Shown here piece after piece: positions 52,610 through 64,000 of a DNA stretch of 64,000 bases. Below the pieces are notes generated by a model. It was not told the DNA's origin. It saw only the letters and a list, made by a program, of their open reading frames with translations, and did not search any database. How positions within the stretch are numbered: position 1 is the first letter of the stretch; each line of letters starts with the position of its first letter. The stretch covers positions 38,504,001-38,568,000 of the forward strand of contig CM119372.1 of assembly GCA_051294905.1 (NCBI GenBank). Reading direction: 5' to 3'. Position numbers and translations under genes: made by a program. This DNA is from Botryllus schlosseri (Eukaryota).

Positions 52610-55600
52610 CTTTCAGGCATCTCTCGCACGGCGTTGAATATGTATCAAGTAAATAGTCATGTGAATGAACCTTTGTTAATGTGTATATCGTAAATTATTA
52701 TATATGATGTAGTTTAGTCGTGACAAATGACCGATCGTGTTCTAAGTCTTTCCTCGCTATTGATCGCTAGCTGAATAGTACTTTCAGATCGGGTTATTCG
52801 CACCTTGTATACCGCTGTTTGCACCTACAGAATAGTCTGCTGTTCACAGTCGTGACTTCACCGCGATAGCGCGATTTTCGAATCAGTCGCATGGTAATGT
52901 TTTGCTATTTAGTTTACCACAGAGCGGTGAAGACGACGATTCGAATACCAACAATAGCCGCGTTCACATACTAACACTCCCAAAAGGTGTGAAATATTTC
53001 CTACGACCACTCACAAGATAGCACATCAGAATAGTCATCTCTCGTGGTTTGATGTTACAAAGATAGGAATCACACACAAGTAATATTTTGGTAATAAGTT
53101 TGTCGCATAACCGGCGTAGACGGTGATACCAACAATAGCCGCGTTCACAAACCAACACTTCAAAAACGTGTGAAATAGGTTACAAATCCCACGATCGCTC
53201 GCAAGATAACACCAAAGACATTACCATTTCTCGCGTCTTGTCATTACATACATCCCAATCGCTACAGTGTAATGTGTCGATGGTTGTTACTATCAAGTAA
53301 TAAGTAATGAATAACAGTACCAGCGCAGACCGTGATTCGAAAACCAACAATTTGACACTTGCCCGCGATCGGTATATGTTTCACACCTCCCGAATAGCGG
53401 CTGACTTTAGTTGCGTGATAAGATCCATGAAAATATTCAATCAATGTGTTAGTTTGTCAACTTGAAATGTAACTCACTACACAAATCAAGTTGAATCGTA
53501 TTTGAATGTATTGACGCGACCCAACTCAAATCCTTTGACAAGTCCTATTAACGCAATCTGTTGAATCGAACGTAACCTGAATATTACTGATGCCAACATT
53601 CACCCACATCGGATCATTCACACATTCCACGCCGCTGTTTTAACAGTTATAGAATCAATACCAACTATCTCTAATCCGATAATATTCAATCATTTTGGTA
53701 ATTTACCAACTTTAAATCCATTCGCGGATGTACTAAAGGTAAATCCAGATAATCCAAAATGAAATATTTGGACTTTGACATAGTCTGAATTGAAATAGAT
53801 TGACAAACATGACTACCAACTTTGATCCAGTCACATTTCAAGATCATACTTTGAAACAATCCTTGAAACTTACAACTCTATTCACGACTGAGTTTTCCGT
53901 TTATCAGTTTCAGTAAATACTATCGCGATATTTTAATGTGTTACTACACACAATAGAATCACTCAATGAAATAACACCTGTTGTAAATATTTCTAACTTG
54001 ACAACCACTTGTGCATACCGCGATCGACTTGTGACGCGATGAGTTAAATCGGGATATTTCAATCTATTTGTCGAAACCTTGAACAAACTATCAGGTTATT
54101 TTTTGTTGTAATCGAGTGAACGGAAATAGTATTACGTCTCAACATTTTAACATCTTCCCATACACAAAAGAGTAAAATACAAAAAAACCTTGTCAAGTCA
54201 ATCCGTTTGTAACTTACCCAACCAAAGCAAAAAGTATCCTTATGAAAAGTAGACAAGACTACGTGAGTAATCACCACAATCCAAAATCCATAGCAAGTTC
54301 GGTTGCATTCATAGTTCACCAACTCGTATTTTTATTCCACTGTAAAAGTCGTTACTATTCCGCAAGACAAAGAAATTACTATGTGGTATATTTTGTAAGA
54401 CAAAAGTAATTACTTCTCAGTGTCGGCGACTTGAGATTAACATAATATGTTTGAGTATACGAGATTTGACAGTCTGACCATCGTAGTTGAGAATTCATTT
54501 CTTACAATCGAACACAGGTGTTATATCAAAAGTTATCATACTGTAAACATAAGGATTGACACATTGATTTGACGTATGTAATAGTTGATCACGACTTGAT
54601 TATTAAATTATTCGCGTTAATTAGACCCGCGTTGTGTTGAAAGTTATGACAGTAACAAACTTTTCGGAAACGTTGTTATTAACATATTGATTTGTAAAAC
54701 TATACTTGTCTGAAATGTTCTTGATTTGGAAGATATTCCGTGTTGGTACAAATCACTCTGCGTATTGCGGATATCAGAAAATATTTTACAAATGTAATTG
54801 TTTCCAGTACCCAAGACTAAAGATGAAACAACAATTTCGTTTGCTGATTAACAACCGGTACAATACTTTATCATCATAATCCGCGGTGAGAATTGAAACA
54901 CTTTCGCGCATTACCCGGTGTCAAGATATCACACTAGGTGAATTGACATACAGCCGCTTGAATAATACCTAATCCGTTCGCACCATTTCACATACTTTGA
55001 TCATTACAAAAGTAAATTGTGATATGTTTGTTAGATGCATCCAATTCAGTTAGAAATGTCTGGTGCACAACAATCGTAATATCAAAAAAGTACTTGCTAC
55101 ACTGTTATTTGCTAAACGTGTTTTGCATTGTTGTTCATTTGTAGTATTGATTGAAATTGTTCTTGAATCCTCAAATAATAATTCCTGACATGAAACCAAG
55201 CCGCTGAAAGTCGTTACCATCACGAAGATACAATGTGTACGATTTTTGTCAAATGTGTCCTACCTGGCCAACAGAAAACAATTTTCACTCACTCGAAATG
55301 AAACCAATGTGATGGTCTCCATTCGATATTTTGTTTGTGTCAAATACTTTGCAATGAACACATTCGCGCGGTTGAGCTTTACATCATCAAGCTGTTATTT
55401 GTAAATCAAGATTTCGGTAAACTTGTAAATGTATCGTTTAACTAACCGACATTTAGTGATTGGGGAACATACCAGACGATACACATCCATCTCCGAAATA
55501 CTGCATTGATCTTAATTTCCATCATCGTGATAATCGAAGTACATTTCTTTCGAATTCGTAACAACCGACTATGACATGATAAATTTTTGACAAGTTATGC

Positions 55601-56499
55601 TTAGAAGATTGGTGCATCTCACGAAAAAATAATATACCACTCATATTGATACTGTTACTCCATTGATCGGTATTTTCAAACGAGTCGATTTTCAAACGAG
55701 TAAACTTTATTACTTGAGTTTCTCCGCTTAATGTAAATGTAAACTCAGCCGTCTTTTAACATCACAAAGACATTGATAAAAAGTATGGTATGACATTGTT
55801 ATCGGGTGTGATGACATTCGATCTGCATCAAAACTACCGGCTATGATAATGTCTGTGGATCGATGTTTGTATACCAACACATTGCATGCAATGTCACACA
55901 CCTCCATTTACGCGTATACTGGTGTGGGCAAACAAGCGCGACGTATGTCTGGATGGTATTTTTTCGTGGAAACACAGGGTGTAACATGTTTACTTTGAAT
56001 ATTGTTCATTGGTTTATCGATTGAGAGTTGATATCCGGATCCGGTTACATACTTTATCAGGGTTTCCGATTTCAAACTGAATGTCGAGACATACATGACC
56101 AATAAAGACACAATATAGTAAACACACGGGGGAAAACTCGACCTGGAATTGTTATCGCGATGGGTGACATAAATCCAACCGTTTTCCGAACACCGTTATC
56201 CACATATCAACCATCGTCAAAGAGGTGTTTTATTCAGACATTTTGACTCTGGAAAATCCAAAGCACGAGCCCGGACATCACAGAACTATCGAAGCCTATT
56301 GTCCAATTTTCCAAAAACATAAACGTCGATGTACAACAGCACATTGCATGTGGGTAACCGATGATTTTGATGGGTTGCATCAGCACAAGTGAATATGCGA
56401 TTACACAAATGTATTGGAGTTGTTGTTGGTGTATATTTTGTCGCTATCCGTTGTAACAATATACAAAATTATCAAATTGTCAGGTGTGTTTGTCAGATT

Positions 56500-57115
56500 T
56501 CAAAATGAAAATGGTTTTGTTACTCTAGGAAAAGCTAGATGACCAAGAGAAAATGTATTGTTACACTGGGTAAACGCCAGATCCCCCAAAGGAAAATGAT
56601 ATTTTTACTCAGGTAAACGACGGACCACCAAGTGAAAAAGGTTTGTAACCCAGGGAAAAATATATTTCCAAGCAAAAAAGGTTTGTTACCCGGGGAAAAA
56701 ATATATTTCCAAGTGAAAAAGGTTTGTTACCCAGGGAAAAAATAGATTTCCAAGTGAAAAAGGTTTCTTACTCTGGGAAAAAATAGATTTCCAAGTGAAA
56801 ATGATATGTTTAACCAGGTAAACGACGGACTGCCAAGTGAAAACGGTATTGGTACTCAGGTAAATGATAGTTTTCCAAACGAAAAGGGTTTGCTACCCAC
56901 GGAGAAAATATATTTTCAAAAGAAAATGATTAGTTACTCTAGGTAAAAGTATTTTTCCAAGTGAAAATAGTTTTTTGCTGTAGGAAAAAAAAAATAGATT
57001 TGTAAACGACAAGGGTTTGTTACTCTAGGAAAGGATAGATCGCCAAGTGAAAATGATAATTTTACACAGGTAAACGTCAGTTGTCCAAACCAGTATGATA
57101 TTTTTGACTTGGGTA
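56500..57115. repeat. 41/42-bp minisatellite in the spacer of the foldback element
   Basis: Unit approximately TTCCAAGTGAAAAAGGTTTGTTACCCAGGGAAAAAATAGAT. CCAAGTG at 56709, 56750, 56791, 56833; roughly 14 units, decaying outward. Confidence 0.9.
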
Positions 57116-60100
57116 GGTATCTTGTGTTCAACGCTGGTAGTGTGATTGGTCTTGTTAAACGTAGTTGCCGAGTTGTACAATATACTTTTCGTGCGTGTAC
57201 AATTACGAAGGGGTGGCAAATGAAATTGCTATTATGATCGTCAGAAGATTGTTGTTGTTTGTTGATTTGATTTGTCGGAGTAGCAAACCTATCATTCGCA
57301 TATGACAAGCAAAATCATTACCGCGAATACATGTAACTGGCTCGCTCGGTCTCGACCAATGCAAAATAGATGATTCGTTTTTTGAAACCGTAGCGAAGAC
57401 CACATGTAAATCGATGCGATAGACTTCTATCCCCTTACATTCAGTCGTGTCGTGTCCGTTTTAATATTTCTTGACTACATCGGAATGTCTATGTTGTAGA
57501 AAGTAAATACTTTTATGGAGTTGTGTGTTTAATGAAAGCGATTGGTTACAAGTATGTGTTGGGGAAAGAAAATTTTTTTTCTGTATGTGACAGTTTGTGA
57601 CGAAATGAAAATAGATTCGTGGTTTTAATTGAATTGTGACTGTGTTGTTTTAATGCGCTTTTCAACAGGTAGACTTGACACTGAACAACAATTCGACTCA
57701 CAAAAAATGTTTGTTGTATGATTTGTCACTGGTGTGCAAAGGGTTAGGAATATTTTTGATTTATTGTTATGGCATTGATAGAACCATCCGGAAGTGAGTA
57801 TGCTTTTCTTTCACGAAAGTTTACGTGGGTCCGTTGTAATAAATTTGTGTTAACTAAACTCGGATGGATACCGCAATTGTGCTGGACTTACACATGGTAT
57901 TCGCATACTGTACACATACAAACTTTTGTGTAAACAACTCTCTGATGTTTCTGTTAGTACTAGTTCTGTGTTGAACTATTTGATTATTAAGATACATGAA
58001 CACCCATTCAGACAATAAAGGTCTTGTGATATCGAAACAGTTTGAAAGCGCCACCAATCATTGTACAGGTTCGTAGCATGGGAATATCGATTATTTTCGT
58101 GTACCATGAATATATTTCATATACCTTTGGTAAGAAATGAGTTGCGTGGGGTAATCATACACAACCTACAAAAGTTAAACTTGTAGCGTTTGATTGCCTA
58201 CTTTTTATCAATGTCTTTGTGATGTTAAAAGACGGCTGAGTTTACATTTACATTAAGCGGAGAAACTCAAGTAATAAAGTTTACTCGTTTGAAAATCGAC
58301 TCGTTTGAAAATACCGATCAATGGAGTAACAGTATCAATATGAGTGGTATATTATTTTTTCGTGAGATGCACCAATCTTCTAAGCATAACTTGTCAAAAA
58401 TTTATCATGTCATAGTCGGTTGTTACGAATTCGAAAGAAATGTACTTCGATTATCACGATGATGGAAATTAAGATCAATGCAGTATTTCGGAGATGGATG
58501 TGTATCGTCTGGTATGTTCCCCAATCACTAAATGTCGGTTAGTTAAACGATACATTTACAAGTTTACCGAAATCTTGATTTACAAATAACAGCTTGATGA
58601 TGTAAAGCTCAACCGCGCGAATGTGTTCATTGCAAAGTATTTGACACAAACAAAATATCGAATGGAGACCATCACATTGGTTTCATTTCGAGTGAGTGAA
58701 AATTGTTTTCTGTTGGCCAGGTAGGACACATTTGACAAAAATCGTACACATTGTATCTTCGTGATGGTAACGACTTTCAGCGGCTTGGTTTCATGTCAGG
58801 AATTATTATTTGAGGATTCAAGAACAATTTCAATCAATACTACAAATGAACAACAATGCAAAACACGTTTAGCAAATAACAGTGTAGCAAGTACTTTTTT
58901 GATATTACGATTGTTGTGCACCAGACATTTCTAACTGAATTGGATGCATCTAACAAACATATCACAATTTACTTTTGTAATGATCAAAGTATGTGAAATG
59001 GTGCGAACGGATTAGGTATTATTCAAGCGGCTGTATGTCAATTCACCTAGTGTGATATCTTGACACCGGGTAATGCGCGAAAGTGTTTCAATTCTCACCG
59101 CGGATTATGATGATAAAGTATTGTACCGGTTGTTAATCAGCAAACGAAATTGTTGTTTCATCTTTAGTCTTGGGTACTGGAAACAATTACATTTGTAAAA
59201 TATTTTCTGATATCCGCAATACGCAGAGTGATTTGTACCAACACGGAATATCTTCCAAATCAAGAACATTTCAGACAAGTATAGTTTTACAAATCAATAT
59301 GTTAATAACAACGTTTCCGAAAAGTTTGTTACTGTCATAACTTTCAACACAACGCGGGTCTAATTAACGCGAATAATTTAATAATCAAGTCGTGATCAAC
59401 TATTACATACGTCAAATCAATGTGTCAATCCTTATGTTTACAGTATGATAACTTTTGATATAACACCTGTGTTCGATTGTAAGAAATGAATTCTCAACTA
59501 CGATGGTCAGACTGTCAAATCTCGTATACTCAAACATATTATGTTAATCTCAAGTCGCCGACACTGAGAAGTAATTACTTTTGTCTTACAAAATATACCA
59601 CATAGTAATTTCTTTGTCTTGCGGAATAGTAACGACTTTTACAGTGGAATAAAAATACGAGTTGGTGAACTATGAATGCAACCGAACTTGCTATGGATTT
59701 TGGATTGTGGTGATTACTCACGTAGTCTTGTCTACTTTTCATAAGGATACTTTTTGCTTTGGTTGGGTAAGTTACAAACGGATTGACTTGACAAGGTTTT
59801 TTTGTATTTTACTCTTTTGTGTATGGGAAGATGTTAAAATGTTGAGACGTAATACTATTTCCGTTCACTCGATTACAACAAAAAATAACCTGATAGTTTG
59901 TTCAAGGTTTCGACAAATAGATTGAAATATCCCGATTTAACTCATCGCGTCACAAGTCGATCGCGGTATGCACAAGTGGTTGTCAAGTTAGAAATATTTA
60001 CAACAGGTGTTATTTCATTGAGTGATTCTATTGTGTGTAGTAACACATTAAAATATCGCGATAGTATTTACTGAAACTGATAAACGGAAAACTCAGTCGT

Positions 60101-62544
60101 GAATAGAGTTGTAAGTTTCAAGGATTGTTTCAAAGTATGATCTTGAAATGTGACTGGATCAAAGTTGGTAGTCATGTTTGTCAATCTATTTCAATTCAGA
60201 CTATGTCAAAGTCCAAATATTTCATTTTGGATTATCTGGATTTACCTTTAGTACATCCGCGAATGGATTTAAAGTTGGTAAATTACCAAAATGATTGAAT
60301 ATTATCGGATTAGAGATAGTTGGTATTGATTCTATAACTGTTAAAACAGCGGCGTGGAATGTGTGAATGATCCGATGTGGGTGAATGTTGGCATCAGTAA
60401 TATTCAGGTTACGTTCGATTCAACAGATTGCGTTAATAGGACTTGTCAAAGGATTTGAGTTGGGTCGCGTCAATACATTCAAATACGATTCAACTTGATT
60501 TGTGTAGTGAGTTACATTTCAAGTTGACAAACTAACACATTGATTGAATATTTTCATGGATCTTATCACGCAACTAAAGTCAGCCGCTATTCGGGAGGTG
60601 TGAAACATATACCGATCGCGGGCAAGTGTCAAATTGTTGGTTTTCGAATCACGGTCTGCGCTGGTACTGTTATTCATTACTTATTACTTGATAGTAACAA
60701 CCATCGACACATTACACTGTAGCGATTGGGATGTATGTAATGACAAGACGCGAGAAATGGTAATGTCTTTGGTGTTATCTTGCGAGCGATCGTGGGATTT
60801 GTAACCTATTTCACACGTTTTTGAAGTGTTGGTTTGTGAACGCGGCTATTGTTGGTATCACCGTCTACGCCGGTTATGCGACAAACTTATTACCAAAATA
60901 TTACTTGTGTGTGATTCCTATCTTTGTAACATCAAACCACGAGAGATGACTATTCTGATGTGCTATCTTGTGAGTGGTCGTAGGAAATATTTCACACCTT
61001 TTGGGAGTGTTAGTATGTGAACGCGGCTATTGTTGGTATTCGAATCGTCGTCTTCACCGCTCTGTGGTAAACTAAATAGCAAAACATTACCATGCGACTG
61101 ATTCGAAAATCGCGCTATCGCGGTGAAGTCACGACTGTGAACAGCAGACTATTCTGTAGGTGCAAACAGCGGTATACAAGGTGCGAATAACCCGATCTGA
61201 AAGTACTATTCAGCTAGCGATCAATAGCGAGGAAAGACTTAGAACACGATCGGTCATTTGTCACGACTAAACTACATCATATATAATAATTTACGATATA
61301 CACATTAACAAAGGTTCATTCACATGACTATTTACTTGATACATATTCAACGCCGTGCGAGAGATGCCTGAAAGTGCGAATCACGACCACGAGTTCTCAT
61401 TACGATTCACCGCCGCAGCCTATACCTGAAAGTACGAGTCACGACCCCGAGTTTTCAATACGAGTCACCGCCGCAGCCTATACCCGAAAGTACGAATCAC
61501 GGCCGCACCCATAAGAACCCATTACGAGTCACCACCACAAGGGGGGTCTGAAAGTACGAGTCACCACCCCGGGTTTTCAATACGAGTCACCACCCCGCCC
61601 ATAAGCCACAATGGCGATTCGCGAGCGATCTATATAACTACTAGCATTATACCGGTAGTTGAATGTATCAGTAACGAAATTGTTATTACATCTTTAGCCT
61701 TGATTATTTCAAACGATTGATTTGTACCATATTAGTTGGTGAGTACATAATACCATTCTGTAATATATTGATGCGATCGTGACTAATGGATTACTTTCCA
61801 ATCAAGAACATTTCGGATATGTTAATTTAGTTTTACAAATCGATGTGCTAATAACGATGTTTCAGAAAAGTTTGTTGGTATCATAATACCGTTTACCACA
61901 ACACAGGTTCCAATTAACACAACTAATTTTCAATCGAGTACTTACCAGACAGTTGATTCTTGAGTTGTGAACCAATGTGTTAATAAGTGTGAACGTAAAG
62001 AATTTACTCACGTCGGGCTGTCTTACTATAACATCCAAGAATTCGCTTAGAAAAAATCTATTCTCGGGCATTCTTCATATACATCCAAATCTCGTATACT
62101 GAATGATAATCTCAAGTCATATTCATCCAGTAAGAATAATTATGTCTTACAGAATACCAACGACTTTTACAGTTAAATAAAAAAGACATATCATCGGAAT
62201 TTGAATACAAAAAGGATTGATCAATCTAGTTTGCAAGTCGGAGTTTGTTTTAATTCAATATAATCCAACATAGTAGTAAGAAACTCTATTCGTATTCGTG
62301 GATCTGGAATAATACTACATTGATGTCAAAGTGATAAATTACCATATCGGGATACGGTTCAGCTTTGGTTATACCGCGAGTCGCGAAAAGGAAGAATCTC
62401 GCAAAAGATTTGGGTTAGAACATATGACACTTTTCTCACAGTCTGTATATTACCAAGTCAAGCCGATGGTTGTTCCGTGATGTCTTAATTACTTATTGTG
62501 TACTACAATCTCCAAGACTGAGTGCGGTTTCTGTGATATCGATA

Positions 62545-62915
62545 TTTCTTTGTTTGAAGAGCTTCTTAGAGGTAAAGAACTTCAATATACAATTGAACAG
62601 TATATTCATATTGAAATGAATCCAAATATGTTCGGCTGACACTCGTCAGGAGTAATCGTCAGCAACTATATAGTAGAGAATTAGAAAGAACATTGTATAT
62701 CAACAATCGCATCACAAAATATGACACCACCAGCATGAAATTTCAAATGAGAGAGCGTTGATTGTGCTATTTTTGGGTGGTACACGAACTCCTTTTGTTG
62801 ACAAAGTTTTGGTTGCTGTATTTCGTAAAAGTCGACTCCAATGCACACAGATGGAAGTGTGAACGGCCCCCTCCCAACGACCAAAATCTGTCGACTCGAA
62901 GATTATTCCCACAAA
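62545..62915 (-). mobile_element. Penelope-like 3' fragment (end of GIY-YIG ORF plus pseudo-LTR)
   Basis: GGGRSHFHLCALESTFTK and QPKLCQQKEFVY match the element at 4040-4700. Degenerate hammerhead CTGACGA...GAAC at ~62621-62652. Confidence 0.8.
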
Positions 62916-63320
62916 TCGGATGCTCATAAATCGAGTGAGAGTTAACAGGAATACGTGATGAGCAGTGCTGTAGGATGGAGTGGTTTCCAGAGGCAACCAG
63001 ACAAAACAAATCGGCCAAGGAAATCCGAAATTACATTTGTTCAGTTGCGCGTAGACGTACATTAGGCTGTTGACTGCGGAAATGAGATCAGAGAAGCATA
63101 ATCCTGTTGTGATGACAGTAAAAAATCCCGACTTCATGCGTAACTAAGTAATAATCATGAGGATATTTGCGACTGACCCGACTATAGTCAAGAAAGCGAA
63201 TGCTGCCCATATTATTGACTCTTCCGTCGCGGTACGATTGGTAACATGTTCGTATTTCGAAAAATTAATCGGTGCCGCTGATAACTGGTCATAACAACCA
63301 TTGAAATTGAAATGATCCAT
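62915..63320 (-). pseudogene. Rhodopsin-like (class A) GPCR pseudogene, N-terminus to TM3
   Basis: ATG at 63320: MDHFNFNG...NFS...NRT (glycosylation sequons); TM1 IIWAAFAFLTIVGSVANILMII; in-frame TAG at 63144-63146; TM2 GLCFSDLISAV; ECL1 FPWPIC; TM3 ending LLTLTRFMSIRF (DRY equivalent); then truncated by the Penelope fragment. Confidence 0.85.
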
Positions 63321-63463
63321 CTCGTTGAACTCTATATCTATATTAATCTATTTACAGACCTAGACAAATTGAAAGAAAAAGAAACAAAATAGTGCATTAA
63401 CTACATTTTCCATATGTTTCATTTACAGCGATGCAGTAAGGGTTGCATTCAAAACAAAGAGTA

Positions 63464-63655
63464 CATTTCGTGCTGGTGACGTCATATTTTGTGTAACGAT
63501 TGTTGATATACGATGTTCTTTTGAATTCTCTTCTAGTTGCTGACGATTATCCCAGACGAGTTTCAGCCGAAAATATTCGGGTTCATTTCAATATGAATGT
63601 ACTATTCAATTATATATTGAAGTTCTGTACCTCCAAGAACCTGTTCAAAACAAAC
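63464..63655 (+). mobile_element. Penelope pseudo-LTR fragment, inverted relative to 62545-62745
   Basis: Reverse-complement alignment over ~190 bp. Degenerate hammerhead CAGACGA-GTTTCAGCC-GAAA-ATAT-TC-GGGT at ~63549-63582. Confidence 0.8.
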
Positions 63656-64000
63656 GGTGTTTTAAAACACCCTGTTCAAAACATGTTTCAAACAAATGCC
63701 TTTAAAAAAATTGTGTTTATTTAAGTTGTAAAATTATCCCATAATTGTGTAAATACTTTCCATTAAACATGCAACCCGATATAGCCGACGTATATCGATA
63801 TGGGATGGTTGGAACCCTGAAAATAAAATAGTCGGTTCAAAAGCAATACTTTCGAGGCATATATTTCGTCGAAGGAGATATATTTACCTTATATTTTCAA
63901 TTCTCAATGTCAAACCACTATGAAGTCGCAATTGAATATTCATGACGTCGTGGCTTTTCTCAACGCGAGTCGGAATCGAGTCGTTACAACCCTGTATTTG

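Larger units (their letters stand above)
52342..61642. mobile_element. Non-autonomous Polinton/Maverick-like foldback element, 9,301 bp, with 3,444-bp TIRs
   Basis: Arms 52342-55785 and 58199-61642; mirrored coordinates sum to 113984 at every point checked, and three mirror ORF pairs are identical. Termini AGTAGT...ACTACT. 6-bp TSD AGCATT (52336-52341, 61643-61648). No long ORF. The structure is read directly; the Polinton assignment is inferred. Confidence 0.85.
51930..62185 (+). repeat. Old diverged repeat (51930-52341 plus 61649-62185) split by the 9.3-kb element and homologous to part of that element's arm (58767-59660)
   Basis: Colinear blocks. AATCAATACTACAAATGAACAACAAT is identical at 51998-52023 and 58832-58857. 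CAAATCTCGTATACT and AACGACTTTTACAGT are shared on the right side. Confidence 0.85.

Noticed and set aside
56500..57115. CRISPR-like array
   Set aside because: Units are contiguous tandem repeats with no unique spacers; no cas genes; eukaryotic context. The same applies to 52394-52609 and 15070-16480.
52964..61020. Three pairs of identical short ORFs as duplicated genes
   Set aside because: Mirror images produced by the inverted arms; short, non-ATG starts, no recognisable domain.
62681..62884. GPCR TM4/ECL2 continuation (FTLP...PKLC)
   Set aside because: Better explained as the Penelope endonuclease C-terminus (PKLCQQKE matches PRLCQQKE at ~4310-4335).

Overview
AT-rich eukaryotic (metazoan, probably invertebrate) genomic DNA made mostly of nested transposable elements; no prokaryotic genes, rRNA or CRISPR arrays are seen. 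The standout is a 9,301-bp non-coding foldback element (52342-61642). It has apparently identical 3,444-bp terminal inverted repeats, AGTAGT...ACTACT ends and a 6-bp target-site duplication (AGCATT), which are the cis signatures of a non-autonomous Polinton/Maverick. It is inserted into a diverged copy of a segment that it carries inside its own arms. Also present: (1) a + strand spliced gene missed by the ORF track, built from phase-1 micro-exons and encoding a small membrane protein (TM helix followed by CCCC), whose first splice donor was duplicated by a hAT insertion; (2) a 2.5-kb Sola2-like palindrome; (3) two 0.6-kb fully palindromic hAT MITEs; (4) many hAT/Charlie MITEs with 8-bp TSDs, nested up to three deep; (5) a 5'-truncated CR1-group LINE; (6) Penelope fragments with minimal hammerhead motifs; (7) tRNA-derived SINEs and a CCA-bearing tRNA-Leu 3'-half retrocopy; (8) a truncated class A GPCR pseudogene. 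All alignments were made by eye; family names are inferred from motifs and terminal structure, not from database searches.
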